From positions 4,960,001 to 5,024,000 of the forward strand of contig OY761158.1 in NCBI GenBank assembly GCA_963664405.1: DNA of 64,000 nucleotides, given 5' to 3'. The notes below the pieces were generated by a model. It saw only the letters and a program-made list of their open reading frames with translations. It made no database searches and was not told the origin of the DNA. Source of the DNA: Thermoanaerobaculia bacterium. Lineage in GTDB: Bacteria; Acidobacteriota; Thermoanaerobaculia; Multivoradales; Multivoraceae. The translations under genes and the position numbers were made by a program. This document shows positions 1 through 9,519 of the stretch, piece by piece (the first letter of the stretch is position 1; each line of letters opens with the position of its first letter).

Positions 1-1245
1 CCAGCGGCGGCTCTTCGCTGGCCTGGAAGCGACCAAGCTCGGGCATGGCGGCGACCGGAAGATCGCCGATCTTCTGGACCTGGACCCTCATACAGTCGCA
101 AAAGGACGTCGCGAGCTCTTCGGCGGCTCCGTGGAGCGCGGAAGAGTTCGAAGAGCAGGCGGTGGCAACCAACGAGTGGAAAAAAAACGCCCGAGATAGT
201 CGATGGAATCCATTCCATACTCGAGGCCGATATAGCTGGTGATCCCATGTCATCAAAAAGATGGACGCACGAGACCGCTGCAAAGGTGGCCCAATGCCTT
301 GCCGAACGCCTTGACATCATCGTATCGGCTACGGTGGTGCGTCGATTGCTCGCAGACCTGAACTATTCCCTCAAGAGCAATAGGAAATGTCTGTCTTCGG
401 GGAACTCCCCAGATCGTGATGCACAGTTCAAGGCCATCAAGCGACTGCGCGAGGATTTCACAAGCGCTGGCGACCCGATCATCAGCGTCGATACGAAGAA
501 GAAGGAGCTGATCGGTCGGTTCAAGAACCAGGGACAGACATGGTGCCGCGAGGCCAAGCGGGTCAAGGATCACGACTTCCGGTCCGAAGCTCTCGCCATC
601 GCCTCCCCCTATGGGATCTACGATCTTCAGAGGAACTTCGGCGTTCTCGTCCTCGGACAGTCGTCGGACACGCCGGAGTTCGCTGTCAACAGCATCGCGA
701 CCTGGTGGCTCAAATACGGTCGATCTCACTATCCGGCGTCTCAGCGTCTCCTCATTCTTGCCGACAGCGGCGCAAGCAACGGCGCACGGCTTCGAGCCTG
801 GAAGAAGTACCTCCAGGAGAAGCTCGTAGACAAGTGCGGCCTCATCATCACCGTCGCCCACTATCCAACTGGCACCAGTAAATGGAATCCCATCGAGCAC
901 AGGATGTTCAGCGAGATCAGCAAGAACTGGGCCGGAGTTCCTCTCGAGAGTTTCGAGATCCTCGTCAACCTCGTCCGCAACACGACGACATCCACCGGAC
1001 TGCGCGTCGAGCCGTGCCGTGATCAACGCCAATACCAGAAAGGAGTCAGGGTATCGGACAAGGAAATGCTGCAGCTCGCGGTGGCCAGGAGCGACTTCCT
1101 AGGAAAGTGGAACTACACCCTCTCGCCGAGACCGCGAACCGAGCAGGAAGAGCTTGCCCCACAGCCTGGGCTCAGCTCACCACCACCTCCAATGCAGCGA
1201 CCGCCCTGTGGCGCCTCGGCCTCACACGCTCCGGCGATAATGTGA
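1..1245 (+). CDS. ISAzo13-family (Rhodopirellula-type DDE) transposase, 5' partial, split by a -1 frameshift
   Basis: Frame 2 reads ...RRLFAGLEATKLGHGG...RRAGGGNQRVEKKRPR* (stop 197-199). A -1 shift at the A8 run (180-187) gives KKTPEI...AGDPM and joins ORF 247-1245, which has ISVDTKKKELIG, ADSGASN, HYPTGTSKWNPIEHR and WNY motifs. Confidence 0.9.
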   Translation, partial: PAAALRWPGSDQARAWRRPEDRRSSGPGPSYSRKRTSRALRRLRGARKSSKSRRWQPTSGKKTPEIVDGIHSILEADIAGDPMSSKRWTHETAAKVAQCLAERLDIIVSATVVRRLLADLNYSLKSNRKCLSSGNSPDRDAQFKAIKRLREDFTSAGDPIISVDTKKKELIGRFKNQGQTWCREAKRVKDHDFRSEALAIASPYGIYDLQRNFGVLVLGQSSDTPEFAVNSIATWWLKYGRSHYPASQRLLILADSGASNGARLRAWKKYLQEKLVDKCGLIITVAHYPTGTSKWNPIEHRMFSEISKNWAGVPLESFEILVNLVRNTTTSTGLRVEPCRDQRQYQKGVRVSDKEMLQLAVARSDFLGKWNYTLSPRPRTEQEELAPQPGLSSPPPPMQRPPCGASASHAPAIM

Positions 1246-1268
1246 AGTTATTTCCGCGCCGACCCTTA
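1..1268 (+). mobile_element. ISAzo13-family insertion sequence (left end outside window)
   Basis: Transposase followed by the putative right IR GAAGTTATTTCCGCGCCGACCC and then TTA(G). Confidence 0.75.
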
Positions 1269-1352
1269 GGGTCGACTGGGGCCGATCGGCGCGAAGGTGG
1301 CGAACCGCGCCCTGGCGGCCCTCCATCCTGTGTACTGCGCTAAAATCCTACG

Positions 1353-1586
1353 GTGCACGAAGCTCAGTCACGGAAAGACACCTCGACGCTCGAGGAGAGA
1401 AGTCGAAGGCGGCGCGAGCAACTCGTCGCCAACCGCACCGAGAGTTTCGACGACGCTGAAGCGTGGGATCTCGATTTCTGGCAGAGCCAGACTCCCTCCG
1501 CGAGATTGTCGGCGCTGGTAGCGATCCGGCGCGAAGTGGAGATTGTGGAAGCGGCGCGCAAGAAGGACGGCCGTAGGAGACCTTAG
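1353..1586 (+). CDS. small hypothetical protein, partner of the downstream nucleotidyltransferase
   Basis: 77 aa with D-x-x-F-W-x-x-x-T-P-x-x-R motif (DLDFWQSQTPSARL); ends 3 bp before the NTase gene. Confidence 0.65.
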   Translation: MHEAQSRKDTSTLEERSRRRREQLVANRTESFDDAEAWDLDFWQSQTPSARLSALVAIRREVEIVEAARKKDGRRRP

Positions 1587-1589
1587 GTC

Positions 1590-2048
1590 GTGGACACGGT
1601 CCATGACTTCGAGGATCTGCTCGAGATCTTCGCAAAATTCGAGGTTCGGTACCTCATCATTGGTGGATTGGCCTTCATCTACCACGCAAAGCCGCGGTAC
1701 ACGAAGGACCTGGATCTCTGGGTCGACCCCGAGCCGGTGAATGTGGGACGGGCCAATGAGGCTCTAGCTGCCTTCGGTAGCCCGCATCTGCTCGACGCTC
1801 GAAAAATCGACGAGATCCTCCAATTGGGAGTCGCGCCGAACCGCATCGACCTGCTACGCAACCCCGAGGGTCCGACCTTCGACGAGGCCTGGCGGCGCCG
1901 AGTTGAAGGCACCTACGGGCGCGCAGCCACGCACTGGATCGACCTGGACAGCCTGATCGACATCAAAAGCCGGATCGATCACCCGCGCCACCAAGAAGAC
2001 GCACGCGTTCTGCGGCTGGTGCGCGATCGCAAGACCCGCGACGAGTGA
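1590..2048 (+). CDS. nucleotidyltransferase (DUF6036-like)
   Basis: YLIIGGLA...PRYTKDLDLW (GG...DxD pol-beta motif) and C-terminal K...R..D..D. Confidence 0.85.
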   Translation: MDTVHDFEDLLEIFAKFEVRYLIIGGLAFIYHAKPRYTKDLDLWVDPEPVNVGRANEALAAFGSPHLLDARKIDEILQLGVAPNRIDLLRNPEGPTFDEAWRRRVEGTYGRAATHWIDLDSLIDIKSRIDHPRHQEDARVLRLVRDRKTRDE

Positions 2049-2083
2049 CCGCACCGAGGCCAGCGCCGGAGGGTAGCCAGAGG

Positions 2084-3151
2084 TCAGGGCCCTTGCAACG
2101 CGGGAAGCACCTCCTTGGCCGCCAGTGCGATCGCGTCGACGCCCGCCTCCGTGCGCATGAGGTTGAAGTTGAGCGCCAGGAAGAGCTTGTCGAGGCCGAG
2201 GGCGGCGAGGCCCTGGAGTCTCTCGACGCAGCGCTCCGGCGTACCGACGATCGCAAAGCGATCGATGAACTCCGGGGTCAGCGTTTGGGCTTGGCGGGAG
2301 TCGTCCCGGGTATGGGCCTTCATGTCGTAGACGCTGTGCAGCGTCTTGAGCGCTTCCTGGGTCTGGTCGGACGCGGGTCCGGTGACGGTGCCGTGCAGAA
2401 TTGAGAAGCGGGCGAAGGTGGTCAGGCCACCCTTGACCAGCTCTCGCGCGATCTCGATGCGCGGGTGACACACGCAGTTCACAAAGACGCCGAAGGCGAC
2501 TCCTTCCGGATCCAGACCGGCGCTGGCACGGGCCGACTTCGCGACTTCGATACCCCAGGCGATCCGCTCCTCGTCAGCGCCGAGGGCGAACATCAGGCGA
2601 TCGGCGTGGACGGCGGAAAGGGCAATCATCCGGGGTCCACTGACAGCGACCTCCACGGGAACCTTGCGCCCGCCTTGCAGCCACTGTATACGGCTTTCCG
2701 GCGCCGCATCGGCAAGATGCAGCTCGTCGACCGGCGCTGCCGCCGATACCTCGATCTCATCGAAGGGAATGGCTTCACCCCTCAGGTAGGCCTGCAGGTG
2801 TCGCAGATAGGTCTCGAACTGTGCGACGCGCGCCGGGGAGCGGCCCACGTCCGCGAGCGCGGAGTCGCCCCGGCCGATGCCAAGCACCGCGCGCCCGTCG
2901 GAGATCCGGTCGACGCTTGCGATGGCCGTTGCGGTTGCCGCCGCGATGCGGGTTACCGAGTTGGTCACCGCCGTTGCCAGCTTGATGCGTTCGGTCACTG
3001 TCGCTGCCATCGTCAGGGCGATGTAGGGGTCCCCCGATCGATTCTGGGAGTCGACGACCCCCAACCCATCCCATCCCTGCGCTTCGGCAAGCCGGGCTTG
3101 ATCGGCAATGGCGCGCGGCGCCGCGGGCATATGTGTCCAGACTTCCACCAT
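2084..3151 (-). CDS. LLM-class flavin-dependent oxidoreductase
   Basis: DSQN..GDPY, TERIKLATAVTN, SDGRAVLGIGRGDS, IVGTPERC. Confidence 0.9.
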   Translation of the reverse strand: MVEVWTHMPAAPRAIADQARLAEAQGWDGLGVVDSQNRSGDPYIALTMAATVTERIKLATAVTNSVTRIAAATATAIASVDRISDGRAVLGIGRGDSALADVGRSPARVAQFETYLRHLQAYLRGEAIPFDEIEVSAAAPVDELHLADAAPESRIQWLQGGRKVPVEVAVSGPRMIALSAVHADRLMFALGADEERIAWGIEVAKSARASAGLDPEGVAFGVFVNCVCHPRIEIARELVKGGLTTFARFSILHGTVTGPASDQTQEALKTLHSVYDMKAHTRDDSRQAQTLTPEFIDRFAIVGTPERCVERLQGLAALGLDKLFLALNFNLMRTEAGVDAIALAAKEVLPALQGP

Positions 3152-3171
3152 AACGTTCGACTCCCTAATTA

Positions 3172-3217
3172 CAGACCTATAATTTCAACAGACCGATGAC
3201 TTCAGCAGACCTATAAT
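3172..3217. promoter_or_regulatory. three CAGACC direct repeats at 17-bp period in a divergent promoter, putative operator
   Basis: CAGACCTATAAT at 3172, CAGACC at 3189, CAGACCTATAAT at 3206. Confidence 0.5.
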
Positions 3218-3276
3218 AGGCGCCTCTAGAATGAATTTACCATTCGCCGATTGACGCCATCAGAGGAGATGACCCT

Positions 3277-3948
3277 ATGACCGAGTACACCACCTACGAG
3301 CAGGTCGGCGACGTTGCCCTCATCAGCATGGACGACGGCAAGGCCAACGCTTTCGGGCCACCCATGATTGCCGCCGTCAATGCAAGCCTCGACCGCGCCG
3401 CGGACGATGCCAAAGCCGTCGTATTGACCGGCCGGCCCGGCATCTTCTCGGGCGGCTTCGACCTCAACGTGATTCGCGGTGGAGACGCGGCACAGGCGCG
3501 CGCCCAGGGGTTGGGCGGCGCGCGTCTGATGATGCGTCTGTTCGGATGGCCGCAGCCCCTGGTCGTCGCTGCCCCGGGGCACGCCATTGCGCTCGGCGCT
3601 TTTTGTGTGCTCACCGGAGATCATCGCCTGGGTGCAGACGGTGAGTTTGGAGTCGGTCTGAACGAAGTCGCCATCGGCGCGACGCTGCCGCCGTTCGCCT
3701 GGCTGCTGGCGAAGGAGCGACTTTCCAAACGCTATCTGTCGCAAGCGACTCTGACCGCCAAAATTTACGACCCCAAGGGTGCGCGCGATGCCGGCTTTCT
3801 GGATGAGGTCGTGGAGGCCGACAAGCTGCGCGACGTCGCGCTCGAATGTGCGGCGAAGCTGGCCGAGCTCCCCGCCGAGGCCTATGCGGGCATGAAGCAG
3901 GGCCTGAGAGGCGAATCCATCGCCGCCGTCCTCGCCGATCTCGGCTAG
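3277..3948 (+). CDS. enoyl-CoA hydratase/isomerase (crotonase) family
   Basis: MDDGKANA, FSGGFDL, GHAIALGAF, GLNEVAIG; SD GAGGAG. Confidence 0.92.
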   Translation: MTEYTTYEQVGDVALISMDDGKANAFGPPMIAAVNASLDRAADDAKAVVLTGRPGIFSGGFDLNVIRGGDAAQARAQGLGGARLMMRLFGWPQPLVVAAPGHAIALGAFCVLTGDHRLGADGEFGVGLNEVAIGATLPPFAWLLAKERLSKRYLSQATLTAKIYDPKGARDAGFLDEVVEADKLRDVALECAAKLAELPAEAYAGMKQGLRGESIAAVLADLG

Positions 3949-4074
3949 GAGTCTGCGCGGCAGCAAACGAGAGCGCTGCCCGAAGCGAATAGGAAGCAGC
4001 CTCGAAGTGCGCCGTCCTCGGCGCCAAAAGAAGACTAGCTTTCGGAAATGATACTTATCATTTTCGAAAGCTAG
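3945..4074 (+). repeat. small hairpin repeat, family A, copy 1 (CTAG-bounded)
   Basis: Similar to 6422-6548 (GAAGCGAATAGGAAGCA, AAGTGCGCCGTCCTCGGCGCCA); terminal hairpin 4035-4074; fills the gap between two convergent stop codons. Confidence 0.85.
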
Positions 4075-5264
4075 GGCTCGCGGGGAAGACCGAGCCCCCG
4101 CTCGGCGATGATATTGCGCTGGATGTTGGCGGTCCCTCCGCCGATGTGCAGGCCCAGGGCCCACATGCCCTGGCTCACCCAGCCGCCACTCCCCTTCGGG
4201 GAGGCGCCCATCAGGGTTCCCTCGGTTCCGGGTGCCGACAGTCCTTCGTCGTCGAGCAGCTCGAGGCCCAGGGCACTCATCTTGAGCGAGAGCTTGGTGG
4301 TGGCGAGCTTGTTCATGAGGCCGACGATGCCCGGCGACTCCCCACGCGCTCGATGCGTCAGTTGGCGATACATCGAGTAGCGCTGCGCCAGGGCCTCTGC
4401 CTCGATCTCGGCCAGCTGCTGGCGCACGTGGGGATCTTCGAGCGCGGGTCGACCGCCGCGGGTGCTCTCCCTGGCGAGCCGGAGGAGATTCTCGAAGAGC
4501 ACGGTGCCGTAGGAGGCGTCTCCGATCATGTTGCGTTCGTGCTGCAACGTCGTATTCGCGATCTTCCAGCCTTCGCCGCGGCTCCCGACCAGGTTGTCGG
4601 CGGGTACATGAACGTCGGTGAAGAACACCTCGTTGAAGTCGGCGTTGCCCGTCATCTGACGTAGCGGCCGCACCTCGATACCCGGCGTCTTCATGTCGAT
4701 GAGGATGTAGGAGATGCCGGCGTGCTTGCCGGCGTCGGGCTCGGTGCGACACAGACAGAACATCCAGTCGGCCTGGTTCGCTCCGCTGGTCCAGATCTTC
4801 TGACCGTTGATCACCCATTCGTCGCCGGTCAGCACCGCGCGGGTCTGGAGCGAAGCGAGGTCGCTGCCCGCTCCGGGCTCGCTGTAGCCCTGGCACCAGA
4901 TGTAGTCGCCGGCCATGGTCCGTGGAATGAAGCGCTCGCACTGTTCCTCGGTGCCGTGCTCGAGCAGTGTCGGCACGAGCATGAGCGTACCCCCGCCCTG
5001 GACCTCGCCGGGCGCTCCTGCTCGTTCGACCTCTTCGGCGATGATTGCCGCTTTCAGCACGTCCGCAGACTGCTCGGAGCCGCCGTAGCGGCGGGGCACC
5101 GCGCGGGCGTAGTAGCCGGCCTCGGTGGCGCGCCGGCGGAAGAGCCGCACTTGTCGATCGCGCGGTAGTGCCGCCTCGTCGCCGCGGAGCGGCCAGCCCG
5201 TTTCCAGAAAACCGCGAAGCTCGCTTCGAAAGGCCTCGTACTCGTCGCTGAATCTCAGATCCAT
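4071..5264 (-). CDS. acyl-CoA dehydrogenase (catalytic subunit type)
   Basis: WCQGYSEPGAGSDLASL, INGQKIWTS, FNEVFF, IGGGTANIQRNIIAERGLGLPR; likely start MDLRFS at 5264. Confidence 0.93.
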   Translation of the reverse strand: MDLRFSDEYEAFRSELRGFLETGWPLRGDEAALPRDRQVRLFRRRATEAGYYARAVPRRYGGSEQSADVLKAAIIAEEVERAGAPGEVQGGGTLMLVPTLLEHGTEEQCERFIPRTMAGDYIWCQGYSEPGAGSDLASLQTRAVLTGDEWVINGQKIWTSGANQADWMFCLCRTEPDAGKHAGISYILIDMKTPGIEVRPLRQMTGNADFNEVFFTDVHVPADNLVGSRGEGWKIANTTLQHERNMIGDASYGTVLFENLLRLARESTRGGRPALEDPHVRQQLAEIEAEALAQRYSMYRQLTHRARGESPGIVGLMNKLATTKLSLKMSALGLELLDDEGLSAPGTEGTLMGASPKGSGGWVSQGMWALGLHIGGGTANIQRNIIAERGLGLPREP

Positions 5265-5287
5265 GTCGTCACACTCCCGGATTTCGA

Positions 5288-6367
5288 TTACCAGCCCGCG
5301 AGGTGCGCGCAACGCTCCCGCTGGTGGTCGGGTGTCCCCAGATAGGCGCGGTCAAAAAGCGCCCGTTTGAACCAGATCTGCACGTCGCACTCCCAGGTGA
5401 AGCCGATCCCGCCGTGAAGCTCCACGGCGTCGCGCGCCGTCTGCATGTAGCGGTCGGTGAAGTGGGCCTTGGCCAGGGCGGCGGTGCGCTCGGCCTCGTC
5501 GGGCAGTGCGTCGAAGGCGTAGGCGGCATACCACAGCAGCCCGCGGCTGGGCTCGGCGCGTACCGCCATTTCGGCGAGTTGATGCTTGACCGCCTGGAAC
5601 GAACCGATCGGGCGAGCGAACTGCTCGCGGGAGCGCGCGTATTCGACGCACATCTCGACCAGCTTCGACGCTCCGCCCAAGGCGTCCGCCGCGAGCAAGA
5701 CGAGGCCGGCGTTACGAACCGCGCCCGCGGTCGCGCGCCCCCCTGGGAGGACTTCGGCGGGCGTGCCATCGAAGCGCACCTGGTCGAGTCCGCGGGTGCG
5801 GTCTGCGCCCTCGAAAGGCGTGGCGTCGAGCCCCTCGGCGCCCCTCTCCACGAGAGCGAGCTCCCCTCCCTCGAGCCCGACCACGATCAGATCGGCGAAC
5901 CGACCCGCGAGCACGTACTCCTTTGCGCCGTGTACGCGCCCGTCCTGGAGCGAAGCTGACCAGGCCTCGGGGTCCCAGGCGCCGGCGGTCTCGGCAAGGG
6001 CCACCGTCGCCGTACGCTCTCCCGCCGCCAGCGCCGGCAGCCAACGGGCGCACTGCTCGTCGCTCCCTCCGCGCGCGATCGCGAGAGTCGCGAGCAGGTG
6101 GCCCAGGTACGGTCCGGCGAAGGCCCCTTCGCCCAGCGCCTCCGAGACCAGCGCGGCTTCCAACAGCCCGAGGCCCACGCCTCCCAGCGCCTCCGGGACG
6201 AGCACGCCACCCAAGCCCAGCTCCATCAGTCCCTGCCACAGCAGACGATCGTGCCCCACACCCGCGTCGAATACCTCCCGACGCTTCTCGGCAGGGTACT
6301 CCCGCGCCAGGAAATCCCTCACCGTCCGCTGGAGCATCTGCTGCTCCCCTGAAAGGCCGAAGTCCAC
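5288..6367 (-). CDS. acyl-CoA dehydrogenase (partner subunit type)
   Basis: REQFARPIGSFQAVKHQLAEM, LHGGIGFTWE; GTG start at 6367 with SD AAGGAGG. Confidence 0.92.
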   Translation of the reverse strand: MDFGLSGEQQMLQRTVRDFLAREYPAEKRREVFDAGVGHDRLLWQGLMELGLGGVLVPEALGGVGLGLLEAALVSEALGEGAFAGPYLGHLLATLAIARGGSDEQCARWLPALAAGERTATVALAETAGAWDPEAWSASLQDGRVHGAKEYVLAGRFADLIVVGLEGGELALVERGAEGLDATPFEGADRTRGLDQVRFDGTPAEVLPGGRATAGAVRNAGLVLLAADALGGASKLVEMCVEYARSREQFARPIGSFQAVKHQLAEMAVRAEPSRGLLWYAAYAFDALPDEAERTAALAKAHFTDRYMQTARDAVELHGGIGFTWECDVQIWFKRALFDRAYLGTPDHQRERCAHLAGW

Positions 6368-6421
6368 GTCTATCCTCCTTGCAAGGATCGCCGCCCCGCT
6401 GGGGGCGTGCGCCCCGCGTCG

Positions 6422-6548
6422 AGGAGTCTGGGCGGCAGGAAAAAAATAACGCTCTCCGAAGCGAATAGGAAGCACCGCCCAAGTGCGCCGTCCTCGGCGC
6501 CAGAAGGCAAATAGCTTGCGGAAATGATATTCATCATTTTCGCAAGCT
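6422..6548 (+). repeat. small hairpin repeat, family A, copy 2
   Basis: Homologous to 3945-4074; hairpin AGCTTGCGGAAATGAT...ATCATTTTCGCAAGCT. Confidence 0.85.
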
Positions 6549-7514
6549 GTCCGTCCGGTCGATCCGGGTCTTGAGCTCGAAGGTGTACTCGTCTTCGAGA
6601 GCGGCGCTGTGGTGATGTCCAAAATCGCTTTCACCGAGCTTCTCGACCACTTCTTCCCATGCACGATGACTGGGGACTCGAAGCAGGCGATAGTCGCTCC
6701 AGGTGCGGCCATCGCCGACGAGTACTCCGTCGACCTCTGCTCTCATCATGGGCACTACACCTGCCTGATGGAGGATTTCCTCGGCAGACTTCTCGAACAG
6801 TTCCATCGCTTCGCGACCGCTGCGTTTCGGCTCGTTGCTGCCCGCCGGGTACTGGGCCACGTCGCGATACTTGACGAGATGGAGGAACGTAAAGGATGGA
6901 TCCTGGGCAGTCGCGGGATAGGGGATGTCCTTGGCGGCGAGGGGCGTCTTGTCAGAAAAAGTCCACGGTTCAGGCGTCGTCACTATGACCTGGGTTATAC
7001 CCAGGCTGGCTCTCTTGTGTTGGACCGTATCCCTGAATTCTGCACTCGAGGTCATTTCCCTGAACTTCGCGCGACTGGGATACATGACCATCGCGACGGT
7101 GTCCCACGTCGGGTCTTTCCCCTCCAGTTGCACTTCGACATCGCCTGCATAGACGAGATCGCCGCCCACTTTCTGGATTTCCGGCTGCGGATTGTAGCGC
7201 TGGCCGGCTTCACGTCCGCTCAACCCGGCCTCGGGGCCGTCGCCATAGTCGGCCTGGTCCCGGTACTTCATGAGGTTGAGCATGTAGAACATTTTGTCGT
7301 TCTCAGGCGCAACCGCCATGAAACTCGCCGAGTCGGGATTCGATGTGCCGAAGCTGGGACTGTCGGGCCGGCGTTGCGCACCCGCGGCAGGAGAGAACAT
7401 GAAAGCGGCCATGGCCGCGATCGCGAGCCCTGCCGTCGGACGTGAGCTAATGATCCTCGCTAAGTCGAACCTCATGATGCTTTCTCCTATGCGTACACGA
7501 CTTGCCTCGGACAT
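6534..7514 (-). CDS. secreted protein with two DUF1330-like domains
   Basis: Signal peptide; repeated (M/L)L(N/H)L.KYRD.A.Y...SGREA...W module. Confidence 0.7.
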   Translation of the reverse strand: MSEASRVRIGESIMRFDLARIISSRPTAGLAIAAMAAFMFSPAAGAQRRPDSPSFGTSNPDSASFMAVAPENDKMFYMLNLMKYRDQADYGDGPEAGLSGREAGQRYNPQPEIQKVGGDLVYAGDVEVQLEGKDPTWDTVAMVMYPSRAKFREMTSSAEFRDTVQHKRASLGITQVIVTTPEPWTFSDKTPLAAKDIPYPATAQDPSFTFLHLVKYRDVAQYPAGSNEPKRSGREAMELFEKSAEEILHQAGVVPMMRAEVDGVLVGDGRTWSDYRLLRVPSHRAWEEVVEKLGESDFGHHHSAALEDEYTFELKTRIDRTDSLRK

Positions 7515-7545
7515 TTGCGCATGATCGCGTAGATTGACACATAAA

Positions 7546-9519
7546 CTAGACCGGCGGAGCCAGACGGACGATCTGCCCGCCCGAAGCGTTCTCCAGAAGG
7601 AGCAGAATGTCGCCGGAGGGACTCACCTCGACGTCTCTGATTCGCGCGAGATTCTCGACCACCGTTTCGCGGTGCGAGAGGCTGCCATCCTCGATCACGA
7701 AGCGATAGAGGTCTGACCCCTTCAATGAGCCGACCAGCATGTGGCCGCGCCACTTTGGAAAGGCATCGCCGTGATAGATCACGAAGCTCGAGACCGCGAC
7801 AGATGGTGTCAAGTCGACCACGGGTTGCTCGAACTCTTCGAGACTGTACTCGATACCGAGCCCCTCGCCATCGACCGGCTTGCCGTTGTAGTGCACGCCT
7901 TTGGAGGTGAGCGGCCAGCCGTAGTTGCGCCCTGGTAGGAGGAGGTTCACCTCGTCGCCGCCTCGTGGGCCCATCTCGGTCTCCCACAGTTGGCCGGTCT
8001 GCGGATCGTACTCGAGACCATGCGGGCTGCGATGACCGTAGGTCCAGATCGTGTCGACCGCATCCGGCACGGTGAGGAAGGGGTTGTCCTCGGGCACTCG
8101 CCCATCGTCGTGGATGCGGTGGATCTTGCCCCAGGGACGATCCAGATCCTGAATCCCAGCATATCGTATGCCCGGAAACATGCCGACACTGAGGAAGAGG
8201 TGGCCGGCCTGGTCGAAGGCGATCCGCCCGCCGGCCGTCATATCGGTACCCGGGGCGTAGAGCTCTCGGTCCACCGCCCAGAGGGTCTCCTCGTCAACCC
8301 AGTGGCCGTCGCGAATGCGGCCGCGGATCAGCTTGACCATTGACACTGGAGGCTTCCGGCCGCTGCGACTGATCTCGTTGCAGTCGCTGCAGCGATCGCC
8401 GTAGGAAAGGTAGATCCACCCGTTGTCCTCGAATTCGGGATGAGGCGCGACATCCAGGATCCAGCCATTGCCGAGGCGCATCGGCCCGCGCTGGGGAGCA
8501 TCATCGTAGCCCTCCGGTGCGCCGGCGATGAGGCCGGACTGCTCTCCGTCGGCCGAGATGAGGGTCAGGCCGCGCATCTTCTCGGTGAGCAGGATGCGGC
8601 CGTCTGGGAGCGGAGCGATGGAGTAGGGCAAGGGATCGAGATCTTCGATGACGGTCTCGAGGCGAAAATCGTGGAGCTCGCTCGACAGAGTGCCGCTGGG
8701 CACCTCGAGGGGCGCGGCCATTCTGAAGTCGGCGTAGGTCGACTGGGCGCGTTCTTCGGAGATGAAGATGGCGAGGCTCCTGATCTGGGTGTCGGTCAGC
8801 TCCCCGGAGAATTCCTCCATGCTGGTGCCTGGAACGCCCTTGCTGATCGTTTCGATCAGCTCCGCCATGGAGTCGCCATGCATGAGATCGACGCCGACCA
8901 AGGGCGTGCCCTGGGCTTCACCCGTGAGGTCGGCTCCGTGGCACACCGAGCAGTATTCTGTAAACAGTTCAGCGAAGGCCGGGCCGTCCGTACCGGCAGG
9001 AGAAGCACCCGCGGCAGAAGCACCCGCGGCAGAACCACCTCCATCGTTCCTGGATGCGACCAACTCGAGAAGGCGGTCCAGTTCTCCTAGATCGATGCCG
9101 CCGTCGCCATTGGCGTCGATCATCGGGAAGTTCGCTTTCATGTCATCCACCGCTTCGTCCCTACTGATCGCGCCGCTATTGTCGCCGTCGAGCGCGTCAA
9201 GGATTTGTTGAGGTGACTGCGCACCCGCGGCAGGAGAGAACATGAAAGCGGCCATCGCCGCAATCACGAGCCCTGCCGTCGGACGTGAGCTAGGCCAGCG
9301 TTTCCGAAGTTCGCGCCACCTATCTCGGCCCCTTCTGCCCGCTGGCGGCGTTGCACCTCCTCGCCAGATTCCCAATATGCCTGCGTCGGTGCGCCTTGCC
9401 AGCGAACAGAATGACCTCGAGCTATGCGACTCGAACTTCGGAAACGCTGGTCTAGTGATCCTCGCTGAGTCGAACCTCATGATGCCTTCTCCTGTGCGTA
9501 CCCGACGTTTCTCGGACAT
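7546..9519 (-). CDS. EF-hand + cytochrome c + PQQ-dependent sugar (glucose/sorbosone) dehydrogenase fusion; in-frame MITE in the leader
   Basis: DGDNSGAISRDE and DANGDGGIDLGE (EF hands), CSVCH, IWTYGHRSPHGL, EMGPRGGDEVN, NYGWP. Confidence 0.88.
   Translation of the reverse strand: MSEKRRVRTGEGIMRFDSARITRPAFPKFESHSSRSFCSLARRTDAGILGIWRGGATPPAGRRGRDRWRELRKRWPSSRPTAGLVIAAMAAFMFSPAAGAQSPQQILDALDGDNSGAISRDEAVDDMKANFPMIDANGDGGIDLGELDRLLELVASRNDGGGSAAGASAAGASPAGTDGPAFAELFTEYCSVCHGADLTGEAQGTPLVGVDLMHGDSMAELIETISKGVPGTSMEEFSGELTDTQIRSLAIFISEERAQSTYADFRMAAPLEVPSGTLSSELHDFRLETVIEDLDPLPYSIAPLPDGRILLTEKMRGLTLISADGEQSGLIAGAPEGYDDAPQRGPMRLGNGWILDVAPHPEFEDNGWIYLSYGDRCSDCNEISRSGRKPPVSMVKLIRGRIRDGHWVDEETLWAVDRELYAPGTDMTAGGRIAFDQAGHLFLSVGMFPGIRYAGIQDLDRPWGKIHRIHDDGRVPEDNPFLTVPDAVDTIWTYGHRSPHGLEYDPQTGQLWETEMGPRGGDEVNLLLPGRNYGWPLTSKGVHYNGKPVDGEGLGIEYSLEEFEQPVVDLTPSVAVSSFVIYHGDAFPKWRGHMLVGSLKGSDLYRFVIEDGSLSHRETVVENLARIRDVEVSPSGDILLLLENASGGQIVRLAPPV
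9290..9455. mobile_element. MITE family B, copy 1 (162-bp in-frame insertion)
   Basis: TIR CTAGGCCAGCGTTTCCGAAGTTCG / CGAACTTCGGAAACGCTGGTCTAG; empty site in the paralogous leader at ~7447; second copy at 52593. Confidence 0.9.

Noticed and set aside
8996-9039. 15-bp tandem repeat (GASAA)
   Set aside because: Ordinary inter-domain linker expansion.
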